Assembly: GCA_964016885.1 (NCBI GenBank)
Contig: OZ024741.1
Span: 367,288,001-367,352,000 of the forward strand
Length of the DNA stretch: 64,000 nucleotides
Reading direction: 5' to 3'
DNA from: Eledone cirrhosa
Taxonomy: Eukaryota
Of the stretch, positions 11,521 to 21,952 are shown piece after piece (the stretch's first letter is position 1; every line of letters begins with the position of its first letter). The notes beneath the pieces are model-generated. The model was not told where the DNA came from. It did no database searches and worked only from the letters and a program-made list of their open reading frames with translations. A program made the position numbers and the translations under genes.

Positions 11521-12591
11521 GATATCAATTTGATTTTTTCTCCAAATACTTATATTTTTGAGGAGTGGAGAAGTGTGGTGGCAGTGGGAGAGAGAAAGAG
11601 TATGCGTGCGTGTGTGTGAGTTCAGTTTTATATTTCAATTGATTCTATTTCCTTTGAATGGTGGACAATTGAAACGGGACTTTATGAGCAATAGTATTAG
11701 ATCCTGTTTCACTTACACATACATACCTAGAGAGAGAGGGGGGGGGGGGAGAAGGGGAGAGAAAGAAGTAGAGATTATTGGATTTACATATGGGCTATAT
11801 GAGCTTCAGTCCAAGGCTTCATAGTCCAGAAAGTATTTATCTCGTTTTAAATACATATTTTTGTATTTGGTGTTTTTATTTATGCATGGTTAGCAGCACT
11901 TAATCTAATTTTTTCTTGATGGAGCCAGTATAGCTGAAAACATTATTGTTGTACTAAGATTTACTTTGTCACTTCCTGTAACGCCAGATTGTGGAATTAG
12001 TCTGTAATATAATTACTGGAGCCAATGTTAACGACGATATTATTTAAATTAGTGGTTCCCAACCTTTTGTGCACCTCAACATTTCAACAATTGTTATATC
12101 TACTCCTACCTTTGAATATAAAAACAGCGATGACCAACTGCAAAGTGTAAACAAATTAACGTATAGGTGGTGCCAAATGCACAATAACATGTGTGGAGGA
12201 GGTTTGATAAGAGTTTCCAACTGTAAGGTGTACCAGTAAAATTTGAAGTTTGTTCTCATTAACAGCATTTTCAACAATAGGGGGCAGAATCACCCAGGGG
12301 CGACTCAGGTACCCCACCATAATGATGGAAAAAATAATTGTGATAATAATAGTATTTATAATAATAAGTAAAGTAAATATTTTCGGGGTAAGAACTAAAG
12401 GTGGGCTAATCGTTGTCATACATAAGTATGTTCTTACAGGTGTGGATACATGCGCTAGTAAAAAAACATAGAGTATGAAAATATACATATATATATCTGT
12501 GTGTGTGTGTGTGCATATATATATATATATACATGTGCGTACATATGAATATATAAATCTATACGCATACATATATATACATATACATATA

Positions 12592-13760
12592 TCAGGTCCT
12601 CCCATAAGCAATATCATATTTGGTGTTAGGTTTTGAAGAGATAAAAAACGCAAGGTACACACTAAATTTAATCAAGTATATATTCAATAACATTCTTCCT
12701 ACTTTGTAAAGGGTTTCTTATGCCATTGCTATAAAAACCAAGCGGTTTAGAGCGGAAAAAGTCACGTAGGTCCATTTCAAGTGCCTCTAAGGTATTGCAC
12801 TGTTTTCCATTAATAAAATGTTGCAAATATCGAAATAAATGATAATCTGAAGAAGCAAGATCAGGAGAATAAGGAGGATGCGGAATCCATGCACTATAAG
12901 GTCGGGCATTGTTGTGATGGAAAATGGCACCCTTTCGATTGACTAGAGTACCTTCTTTCTTTCAATTTTTCATTTAATCGATTAGGCTGTTCACAGTACT
13001 CTTTAGCTGTGGTTGTCTGATTTTGTGGCAAGGTAAAGTTTGAATGTATATTACACTCGTCATATCCCACCAAACGCTTAACAAAAATTTCTGAGGATGA
13101 AGATCTTGTTTGTCATCCTGATTGAACCCACTTCCGTCTGCATTTAACATCCTTGTAGAGTATCCACTTTTCAAAGTTCAAAGATGGACACTTACACTGT
13201 CGAGAATGAAGAGCAGTGCAGATGCTGACGCGTTCTCTTCGATTGTTTTCACTCAGTTCATGTAAAATCTACTTGCCAAGCTTCGACACCATTCCAAGTT
13301 CCTGTAAATGGTGTAGGACGGTTGATGATACTGAATTAACCTCTTCTGTCTACTTTTTAACAGTTGTATGGGGATTTTTTTTAATAGCGGCTTTCAGTAT
13401 ATTATCAAAAGTGACAGGGCTCCCACAGTAACTAAGTCAAACTCCCCTTGTTGAAGTTTATTGAAACATCGTTTAAGTTTATTGAAACATCTTCATCATA
13501 CTCTTTTTGCACATGTTTTAGAGTATTCATAGCACTGTTGCCTTTTTGAACTTGTAAAGCATGATGTGTGTTATGTTCTCTTCTGTGACTTCCATTTTAG
13601 AAGGATAATTAAGCAACAAATTAAAACTTGTGTCTGCAAGCTGGAAACTGTCCGATTGAAGCTTTTCCTTCTCCACAGTATTTATACATATGTGAAACAA
13701 TCTTGTTTATATTTTAAAAAGTACAGTGTAAAAAACGACATTACTTCTGGGATGACCATA
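12592..13760 (-). mobile_element. Decayed mariner (DD34D-type) DNA transposon with both TIRs
   Basis: Minus-strand remnants MEVTEENITHIMLYKFKK (ATG at 13595), HPQKFLLSVWWD, FHHNNARP and HPPYSPDLASSDYHLF. Degenerate TIRs GGTC(C/A)TCCCA(T/G)AAG(C/T)AAT at both ends. Contains frameshifts and a deletion. Confidence 0.88.
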
Positions 13761-13781
13761 TGTATAATATATATATATATG

Positions 13782-13852
<71 letters not shown>

Positions 13853-13893
13853 CGAAACATAAGTCAATTGCATGAACTCATAATCCTTTATTT

Positions 13894-13949
13894 ACTGCTA
13901 TATATATTTCGATGATAGCCATTGAATGGCTATGACCTCATCAGGCAGT
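13894..13949 (-). ncRNA. Type I hammerhead ribozyme (well formed)
   Basis: ACTGC-CTGATGA-[stem II ATAGCCA/TGGCTAT]-GAAA-TATATA-TA-GCAGT: perfect 5-bp stem I, palindromic stem III and AUA cleavage triplet. Confidence 0.85.
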
Positions 13950-14080
13950 TAGTCAGTTCTTAGATATGCCAGCTCTGTGTTTATAGTGTTGATGGTATCA
14001 GAGCCTTGGGACATATGAGCTTGTTAGGAATAATTCGATGTTGTCAGCAGGAATAGTCTTGATTCTCATTGGTCAGTTAC

Positions 14081-14148
<68 letters not shown>

Positions 14149-14339
14149 TTAGGTTTGTTGGTTCACCACTGGATAGAACTGGTCATTCCGTATGGTCAAC
14201 CTCGATGTAATAATATGGAGAGCACTCAACGTAATGCAACTCACCCGTCTTCGTTTGTGTAGTTGGTGGTGCGAGTGCAGAGTTAATTATTATAAAATAA
14301 CAGGAGGCTGGACTGGTGTAATTCCTTAAAAGGTTTATT

Positions 14340-14397
14340 ATACTATGATCATTTCAATGTCCGGGTTCAGTATGAATCCGGTGACATCATCAGGTAT
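14340..14397 (-). ncRNA. Type I hammerhead ribozyme (well formed)
   Basis: ATAC-CTGATGA-[TGTC..CCGG..TTCA-tac-TGAA..CCGG-ACA]-GAAA-TGATCA-TA-GTAT: stem I ATAC/GTAT, palindromic stem III ATGATCAT and AUA triplet. Confidence 0.8.
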
Positions 14398-14934
14398 TCG
14401 AAATATAACAAAGAATATAATAGACAAAATCCAAGAGGCTGAAAATCAGAGACATGGGGGCGACCGAACATTTAGCAGCTTCTACCTTGGTCGGCCGCCC
14501 TCAAGTGGTGATTATTAAGCCTACTTGTGTCCATCTGATGAAGGGGCGTAGGCTTATAGTGTACTACTACCACCCCGTCAAAGACAGAGGCCAGCGTTGA
14601 GGTCAGATCACAATCAAGCTGGTTATGCGTGCTAGAAAGTGCCGCGAAAAATATCAGAGAACATATATCTTTAGCAAACATATATATAGTAATATATAGT
14701 GGGCGTCTGCGTGGTGTAATGTATGGACAGAAATTACGATTAACAATTAGAAACGTTAAATTTATGTTTAGAGTTAGAAGATGCCTTTAAGATGAGATTA
14801 GAAAATAAGGTTTAGGTTTGGAGTTGGGAGATTTAGTTAAAGAATTTACAGAAGGAGGCTTTTATGAAAAAGTTTAAGTGTATTATAGATAGTCACGATA
14901 AAGTTTCAGGGTAGAATATAGAGTAAAGATTAAG

Positions 14935-15412
14935 CCCGACGGCGTGTCAGCCGTTCCGAGTATTATAGTCTAGCGAAAGAAATGGAAATTTATTTTTCCG
15001 AGCACCCCAGGAATATTAACTGTCTTAAGCGTCGGGTGTGTTAGTGGGAAGTCCACCACCGTCCGCCGGTCATCGTATATACCAAACGATTACTAGTTAT
15101 TCACACTAGTGGGAGATTTAGGTAAGTGCTAGTAGAGGGAAGCAAGATAAAGTTAAAAGTTATGATTAAGCCTAGAATTTAAAGGTACTGTTTGGCGGTC
15201 AATAACCGGTGTCGCGGCGAGTTCCAAGTCCGACAGGGCCCCAGGGCGAAGCAGCCGTTCCAAGTATTTTCGTTTACCGAAAGAAGGGGAAATTTATTTT
15301 TCCAAGCACTCTAGGAAGGCTGATCGGCCCGAGCGCCTGGCGTGCAGTCGGGAAAGCCGCCACATCAGTCGGATCATCGCGTGTACCAAACGATTATTAG
15401 TTATTCACACCC
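14935..15412. repeat. Diverged direct repeat, two ~170-bp copies ~304 bp apart
   Basis: GCCGTTCC(G/A)AGTATT...GGAAATTTATTTTTCC(G/A)AGCAC...TACCAAACGATTA(C/T)TAGTTATTCACAC at ~14950-15106 and ~15254-15410. Confidence 0.8.
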
Positions 15413-15597
15413 GTGATGTGAAGTTGAAAGTGGTAAAATCTGATGAAATGTACAAATAGACTATATTTAGTCCCCAGTTAGTCCGGGTTATATGTAGTGT
15501 GATTCCTGGGTGGGTAGGGGGAGTGAATAAAGATAAACAGATATAAGGGTGCAGAGAGTAATATTCTAGGGTCGTGTGCTAATCAGTACAATGATAA

Positions 15598-15672
15598 GTA
15601 TATAATTGTGTCTACGTTTGGCACAAGGCCAGCAATCACCCAGTGCATTACTGGTACTTTATACTTTAAGGA
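15598..15672 (-). mobile_element. SINE 3' fragment
   Basis: TTTGGCACAAGGCCAGCAAT...CAGTGCATTACTGGTACTTTAT matches the 20945 copy. Confidence 0.7.
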
Positions 15673-15760
15673 TAAGTATATGAGAGTAAAGCGAGTAAAT
15701 AAATACATAAATAAAACCGTAAGTAAAATACATAAATACATAAATAAAATGCAGTCATAC

Positions 15761-15849
<89 letters not shown>

Positions 15850-15973
15850 CAGGATATCCGTAGATGAAAGATCAAGGAAAACAATGCTCAATCTATTGCA
15901 AGAGAGCTTATCGAGTATACAATAAAGTTTCATACATATAACATATACGAAAAAGCACGAATATTTGTCCTGA

Positions 15974-16055
15974 TGCCTGATGAAGGGTCAGTTTGGAAGA
16001 GCCTCCTCTAAAATATAGTGGTGGCCATAACTGGACCCCGAAACCAATGGTCGCA
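15974..16055 (+). ncRNA. Type I hammerhead ribozyme with extended stem II
   Basis: TGC-CTGATGA-A-GGGTCAGTT...AACTGGACCCC-GAAA-CCAATGG-TC-GCA: stem III ACC/GGT, GUC triplet at 16050-16052, stem I TGC/GCA. Confidence 0.82.
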
Positions 16056-16392
16056 CATACATGTTATGTGTATGAAACTTTATTTATACTATACAATATA
16101 AAAGAAAGATGTTTGTTGGTTGGTGTCTTCGTGCATCACACAAAAACAGAAACTGACAATCAAAAAATACACCAATGGAATAAGTGTATACCCAGAAAGG
16201 TTTATTGACACTTATTTTATAACATCAAAGAAGAAGAAAAACATTGCAGGTATGCCAACCAACCCGAGTATTATTTTTAGCAGGCTGGGAGACAAACATA
16301 AGGGATTCTCTCTGCGTGTCTGTTATAAGCGATGCTCCTGTTTTGCGACCAGCATATTCGTGAATTCGAACGCTGGTTTTTACACACACAGA

Positions 16393-16445
<53 letters not shown>

Positions 16446-16709
16446 TTATATATAACTATCTATAAGGATATATAATATAAAAAATTGGAAATCGAATCAT
16501 CCTTTTGAGAAACTTGGACCAGTCACCTCTATGTAATGTCACAGGCTTAACAGTCTGGTGGTTGGTGAACCCTTTCCTAGAGGTCACTATTCTTGGAGGC
16601 AATCATCATAGAGAAAATACATTTATTCCCAAGATTCCTCTTATCCTTTCCTCTACCGAGATGCCGTTCAAATTTTCAAGACTTCAGTTCCCTGATAGAA
16701 CCACTTTTG

Positions 16710-17030
16710 GTATAGATTACTGGTTTTATCGGAGTGGACATGCACCGCATTAGAATCCTTTATCAGTTAGATTCTTTTCTTCTCTTTCGAAATTTGATAC
16801 TCCGAATGAGTTCAAGTACATCTTTTTCGAACAATGATAAAACTGGATTGCTTGGAGAGCTATTATAAGTTTCAAACCTTTCCTGGTGTTTATGCTTTAT
16901 CCGGGCGGTAGAAGTAGAAGGCACACATATGCATCCTTTTTATGAAAGAATCAGTTATTTTTTTTATGAGTATTTTCAAGTATGTCTTCCTGTTTGCTCA
17001 CGGAATATTTTTCGTAGAAATATTTAGATA
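16710..17030 (-). pseudogene. Decayed N-terminal fragment of another PLE ORF (possibly Nematis-like)
   Basis: Interrupted minus-strand translation: STKNIP*ANRKTYLKILIKK...FIK/RMHMCAFYF...FEKDVLELIRSIKFRK...VHSDKTSNLY. This resembles the NIP, RMRWKA and ADKTxNxY motifs I recall from PLE N-termini. Confidence 0.6.
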
Positions 17031-17239
17031 TTGTTTCTGCACAGTGTGATTTTAAGTCTGAAAAGTGCTCTATACCCACACTACATCACTCCATGTATCG
17101 GGTACTCACATGATTAGTCGTATCCTCGGTCTCAGCACTCCATTCTCTCTCTTTCTCTCTCTCACTCACTTTCTCTTTTATTTTCTCTTTCTCAAGCTCA
17201 CTCATTCTCCCACTTTTTCACTAACATTCGCGATACAAC

Positions 17240-17598
17240 TTCACCATACGTACACACACCCATACACACACATAGATGCGCGCGTGCACATACACCCACC
17301 TACATGCACACATATAAATACAATATACACAGCCCACACACGTACAGGCCCATACATACACACATCTACATATACCCATACATGCACACACATAAACACA
17401 CACACATACATACACACACATGCCTACACATGCATACACACACATACATACATACACACATATATATATACGCACACATGCACACACAACACACACACCC
17501 ACATACACACATGCCCACTCTCATATACACACGCGCATCAACCCACGCGGACACAATCACATACTTGCACATGTACATCGACCCACACGCACACGCAT

Positions 17599-17672
<74 letters not shown>
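17240..17672. repeat. Degenerate (CA/TA) low-complexity tract ending in pure (CA)n
   Basis: Seen directly in the sequence. Confidence 0.9.
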
Positions 17673-17674
<2 letters not shown>

Positions 17675-17796
17675 CTTGCAAATCATGTTTTGGATTTTGT
17701 GATTATTTCGTTTAGTCTTTAATGATCGATATCATTTTACGAGAGTTTTAAACATTTCTCAGATCAATAACCAATCAATTATTTTTAAAGCGAATA

Positions 17797-17990
17797 GGCG
17801 GTGGATTGGCAGTATTGGTAGAGTGTCGGATGCCATGCTTTGACGCATAGAGTTACGGCCCTTGCCATTCTGAGTTCAAATGCCGCCGAGGTTAACTTTG
17901 CCTTTCATCCTTACGGGGTCGATAAAATAAAGTACCAGTAATACACTGGATAATTGCTGGCCTTGTGCCTAACGTCAAAACAATTATTTT
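17797..17990 (+). mobile_element. Full-length tRNA-derived SINE with long TSD
   Basis: A box TGGCAGTATTGG and B box GTTCAAATGC. Direct repeats CAATTATTTTTAAAGCGAATA at 17776-17796 and 17981-18001. Confidence 0.87.
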
Positions 17991-18008
17991 TAAAGCGAAT
18001 AAATAGTT

Positions 18009-18166
18009 GTAGTTATGGCTGAGTGGTTAAGGAGTTCGCTTTGTAACCTATGTGATTTTAGGTTCACCACGATTGTCTGACACCTTAGGTAAGAATCTTC
18101 TACTATTGCCTCGGGTCGATTGAGATTTTGTAGACCCGAGATTTTGTGTGGAAATCCATCGTATAT
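18009..18166 (+). mobile_element. Second, decayed tRNA-derived SINE family
   Basis: A box TGGCTGAGTGGTTAAG, decayed B box GGTTCA, then CACCTTAGGTAAG..TCTTCTACTATTGCCTCGGG. Resembles octopus SINEs from recollection only. Confidence 0.6.
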
Positions 18167-18222
18167 ACACAGGGTGAGTCATAAGTAAACGGGGAGCCCA
18201 ACATTTATATTCCAAATGATAA

Positions 18223-18722
18223 TCTTCTTCTTCTTCTTCTTCTTCTTCTTCTTCCTGAGAGGGTCATAGGGGCAGTGTCCTCAAACACTCCTTCTTGCGA
18301 GTCCTGTCAGAATCAACTGTCTCCAACTGATCCGGCTGGATCCCCAAGCGAGACAAGCTAACCTCATGGATGTTACCCAATCATCTTGCTCGAGTTCTAC
18401 CCCTGGGTCTCCTGCCGGTTAGTTTTGCCCGTAAAATCTGTCCAGCGATTCTTTCCTGAGACATTTTAACCACATGTCCGTAGTATCGGAGCTGTGATCT
18501 CTCAATTCGGAGACGTAGCGGCTCTACCTAATCTTACGCACTCAATCGAGTAAGATTACTCCAAAGATCCTTTGGAGAAACCCCATTTCGGCCACTTGTA
18601 TTCGCGATCGTATTCTTTCGTTCATTACCCAAGATTCAAGCCTTAGGTAAGGGTTGATACGAATACTGAACTGAAGATAGCGAGTTTGGTTTTTACACCT
18701 ACCTCCCTTCTTCTGATGACCA
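18223..18722 (-). mobile_element. RTE-clade LINE 3' fragment, same family as 10141-10654
   Basis: The reverse complement aligns with 10170-10650. (TTC)n at 18223-18253 is the (GAA)n tail. Confidence 0.82.
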
Positions 18723-18848
18723 AATTAAATTCAATTATACAAATTTATATAAAGCTGTTCTTCTCTAAGGTTCTGTAAAGCACCTCTCTGAGGTCTGCGC
18801 CCAAGGCTTTAATCGTAGCACCGGCCCTGTACGCAGCCATGAAACATG

Positions 18849-18925
18849 CAGGGTGTCCCTCAAAAATGTATACCCACTTCAACAGTATTTTAATAAAAGT
18901 CTGTATACATTTTTGGGGGACACTG
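18849..18925. mobile_element. Tiny Tc1/mariner-type MITE
   Basis: TIRs CAGGGTGTCCCTCAAAAATGTATAC / GTATACATTTTTGGGGGACACTG, followed by TA. Confidence 0.65.
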
Positions 18926-19162
18926 TATATCAAACGAACGCCTATTGGACATGTAATGTTTCTTATTGTTGTCGCTTTTGTTTTTAATACGGCTGTCAAG
19001 TGTGTGAATAATGCGTAAGATAACCAGAAACCTCTGCGGCTGAGAAAGTGAAGCTTGTAAGACAAATCAAGTTCTGCTTGTAAATGAAAGGTACAACATA
19101 TCTATTGTTATCTTTGTCGTATGTTGTTGGTGCTTCACTGAAGTCTGGCCATACGTTAAGCC

Positions 19163-19559
<397 letters not shown>

Positions 19560-19798
19560 AAATAACTGGCTTATAAGCGTGTCTCAGCTCTTGTTGCAGT
19601 GACCAGTTTGTTGAAAATGTGTGGAAAAACATGCCAAAAATATAACAAAATAAAGCAAAAAAAACAACAACCTATAACACATAAAGCTTTCTGAATGAAA
19701 CTAAAGTGAATTTTCCTCATTCTTTTAAAAGAATTATTTGAAAATCTTTTGCCACAACGCATATAAACTATAAAATGTGTTGTCCTGCAACTCCTGAT

Positions 19799-20075
19799 GG
19801 ATTCGGAGGGGCGCCGTAGGGAAATACGGTGTTTCCTGGGCATTTTAAGCCTGACAGAGCCCCTCCCTATCCTGAGTACAGCAGATTTCTTCCAGAGAGA
19901 GATAGAAGGTGGGTGGGAGGAAGTGAGAAAGAGATGTAGAGAAAAATCGACTAGACTGGTATTTTTTTATCGATCTTGACAAAGTTGATCTCGGCGGGAT
20001 TTGAACTCAGAGAGCCGGAACGAATACAACGAAGCACTCTATCTGACGTTCTAACAACTCTGCCAATTCACCGCC
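19799..20075 (-). mobile_element. Long-tail SINE, inverted relative of 11202-11520
   Basis: Head on the minus strand (GGCGGTGAATTGGCAGAGTTG...GAGTTCAAATCCCGCCGAG). The tail AGGGGCGCC...TACGGTGTTTC...TACAGCAGATTTCTTCCA is shared with the 11.4-11.5 kb copy. Confidence 0.72.
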
Positions 20076-20160
20076 ATATATCTTCTATCATATATAAAAT
20101 GCATATGAACTGTAAAGTCAGGTAAATTACCCTTGGGGAAGAAAAAACATTATTGGACAG

Positions 20161-20226
20161 TAGCGCCGGCGAGATTTGATCCACATACCTGTTGGAAACC
20201 GAATGGCTGCGAAAACCATTACACCA
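20161..20226 (-). pseudogene. tRNA-like / SINE-head remnant
   Basis: Minus strand TGGTGTAATGG (A box) ... GGATCAAATCTC (B-box-like). No intact cloverleaf. Confidence 0.4.
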
Positions 20227-20944
20227 TTTTATTTAGTGACCTTAACATTTGGCTAGAAATGTAAACAACATTGATACATTAACAAAACTACTGGGCAAAT
20301 TTGAAAAGCTGCTTTTTGTTTAATGAAAAGCTACCACAATGCATATGAACCGGGCCTCCTGGAGGAATTTTGCAAGGCTGTACAAGTCCTCTTTCGAACC
20401 CGAAGCAAGCAAAGATTTTTCTCAAAATTTAATATTGCATAGTTGCTGTGGGACCTTCTTAACTATTGGGCCCCGGAACAAAGTACCGGCTGGACCTCCA
20501 CCTCTCATTGGCCCTGTATATGAACTACAAAATAATTGAATAAATTGATTGGTTTTGTTGTCCCAGGTCAGTCATGACCGAGCAGTACTATGGCAGACAG
20601 ATCGTCAACAGAAATACCACGTTCTGCCTACAGATCCGTCTTCCCAGCTACACGATACCTCCGTCAAGCTGAGAACAATATTGCCCATTTCGACATGCAA
20701 CTGAAATGGATCTCCGTTTGCCTCGACGATGAGTTTTCCTGTTGTTCGATTCACGAATTTGCATGTTCCCGAGAGTAACATGCAAGTAACTGAGCATTCC
20801 ATAGACAAGTGTACCCCTTTCGTCATTTTCAGCGAGGTTCAGCGTGACACAGTGTATGAAAAGACAGGCCTTTTGAATTACACATACAATCTACCAAATT
20901 TCACTCACAAAGATGCCACTGCGTAGGATTGAACTCGGTACAGT

Positions 20945-21135
20945 ATAATAATTGTTTCTACTTTTGGCACAAGGCCAGCAATTATTCCAGTGCATTACTG
21001 GTACTTTATTTTATCGACTTCGTAAGGATGAAAGACAAAGTTAACCTCGGCGGAATTTGAACTCAGGCCGTAAAGGGCCGTAACTCTATGCCTCAAAGCA
21101 TGGTGTCTGACACTCTACCGACACTGCAATTCCAC
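20945..21135 (-). mobile_element. tRNA-derived SINE, close inverted relative of 17797-17990
   Basis: The reverse complement matches 17800-17985 along its length. Confidence 0.85.
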
Positions 21136-21385
21136 TATGATAATGAAGTAAAATTCTCAACTATTCGGCTATGCTGTATGTCCGAATGGACCGACATGCA
21201 GTGATGAATGTAAAAATATATAATGTAAATACAATTTAATAGAAAAAGAAAAACAGAACATTTAGATTGAGAAGAGAGAATGACAAAGGTTCTAGTGTCA
21301 CAGAAGAATAGGGAGGGGGTAGGGTGATTGGATCTGGGTCTAAGACGTAGCGGTAATGGGGCTGTGCTCCACAGATAAGACCGCA

Positions 21386-21531
21386 AAGGTATTTTTATGT
21401 AGTTTGACTACATAAGAATACCTTAGTGGAGGGAATGCCGTATTGCCAGATAGTCAAACTATCTGGCAATACTGCATTCCCTCCACTACACAGTCTATTG
21501 TTGTAGGTACATAGATTGTTGTAGTGGAGGG
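21386..21531. repeat. Chain of three abutting or overlapping hairpins
   Basis: 18-bp stem at 21386-21424 (loop TTG); 31-bp stem at 21424-21488 (loop CAA, 1 mismatch); third imperfect stem at 21479-21531. Confidence 0.92.
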
Positions 21532-21649
21532 CCACGGCAAGACAAGGTGGAGTTAATCAGGTCATCACAGTTGCTGTTCCTCTGTATTTATTGTTGTTGA
21601 TGGTTTACGGCAGTGTTTGTAGCTAATGAGATTATTGAGGTTGCGGCTA

Positions 21650-21952
21650 TTTGTCTCTCTCTCTCTGTCTGTCTGTGTGTCTATGTATGTCTATGTCTGT
21701 GTCTGTGTCTGTGTGTCTCTGAATGTCTGTGCCTGTCTGTGTCTGTGTCTGTGTGTCTGTGTCTGTGTCTGTGTGTCTATGCCTGTCTGTCTGTCTGCTG
21801 TCTGTCTGTCTGTCTCTGTCTGTGCCTGTGTCAGTGTCTCTGTCTGTGTGTCTGTTACAGTCTATCTTTCTGTTTCTGTATATGTCTCTCTGCCTGTGTG
21901 TCTGTGACTGTCTGTGTGCCTGTGTCTGTCTGTGACTGTCTCTGCCTGTGAT
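21650..21952 (+). repeat. Degenerate (TC)n/(TGTC)n/(TGTGTC)n transition zone
   Basis: Irregular 2-, 4- and 6-mer repeats grade into the regular 12-mer. Confidence 0.85.

Noticed and set aside
12050-12075. hAT-like terminus TAGTGGTTCCCAACCTTTT
   Set aside because: No partner TIR or TSD was found, so no element could be delimited.
14530-14590. Hammerhead at CTGATGAAGGGG...CCCCG
   Set aside because: GAAA is disrupted (GTCAAA) and there is no stem III/I closure; at best a dead relic.
17797-17890. tRNA gene
   Set aside because: A/B boxes are present but there is no cloverleaf; it is a SINE head with TSDs.
20340-20517. GC-rich segment ending GGCCCTG, possibly a DNA-transposon end (similar at ~18830)
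   Set aside because: The matching opposite end and TSD were not identifiable.
20700-20940. Possible further decayed SINE on the minus strand
   Set aside because: Resemblance is from memory only; there is no second copy in the window to confirm it.
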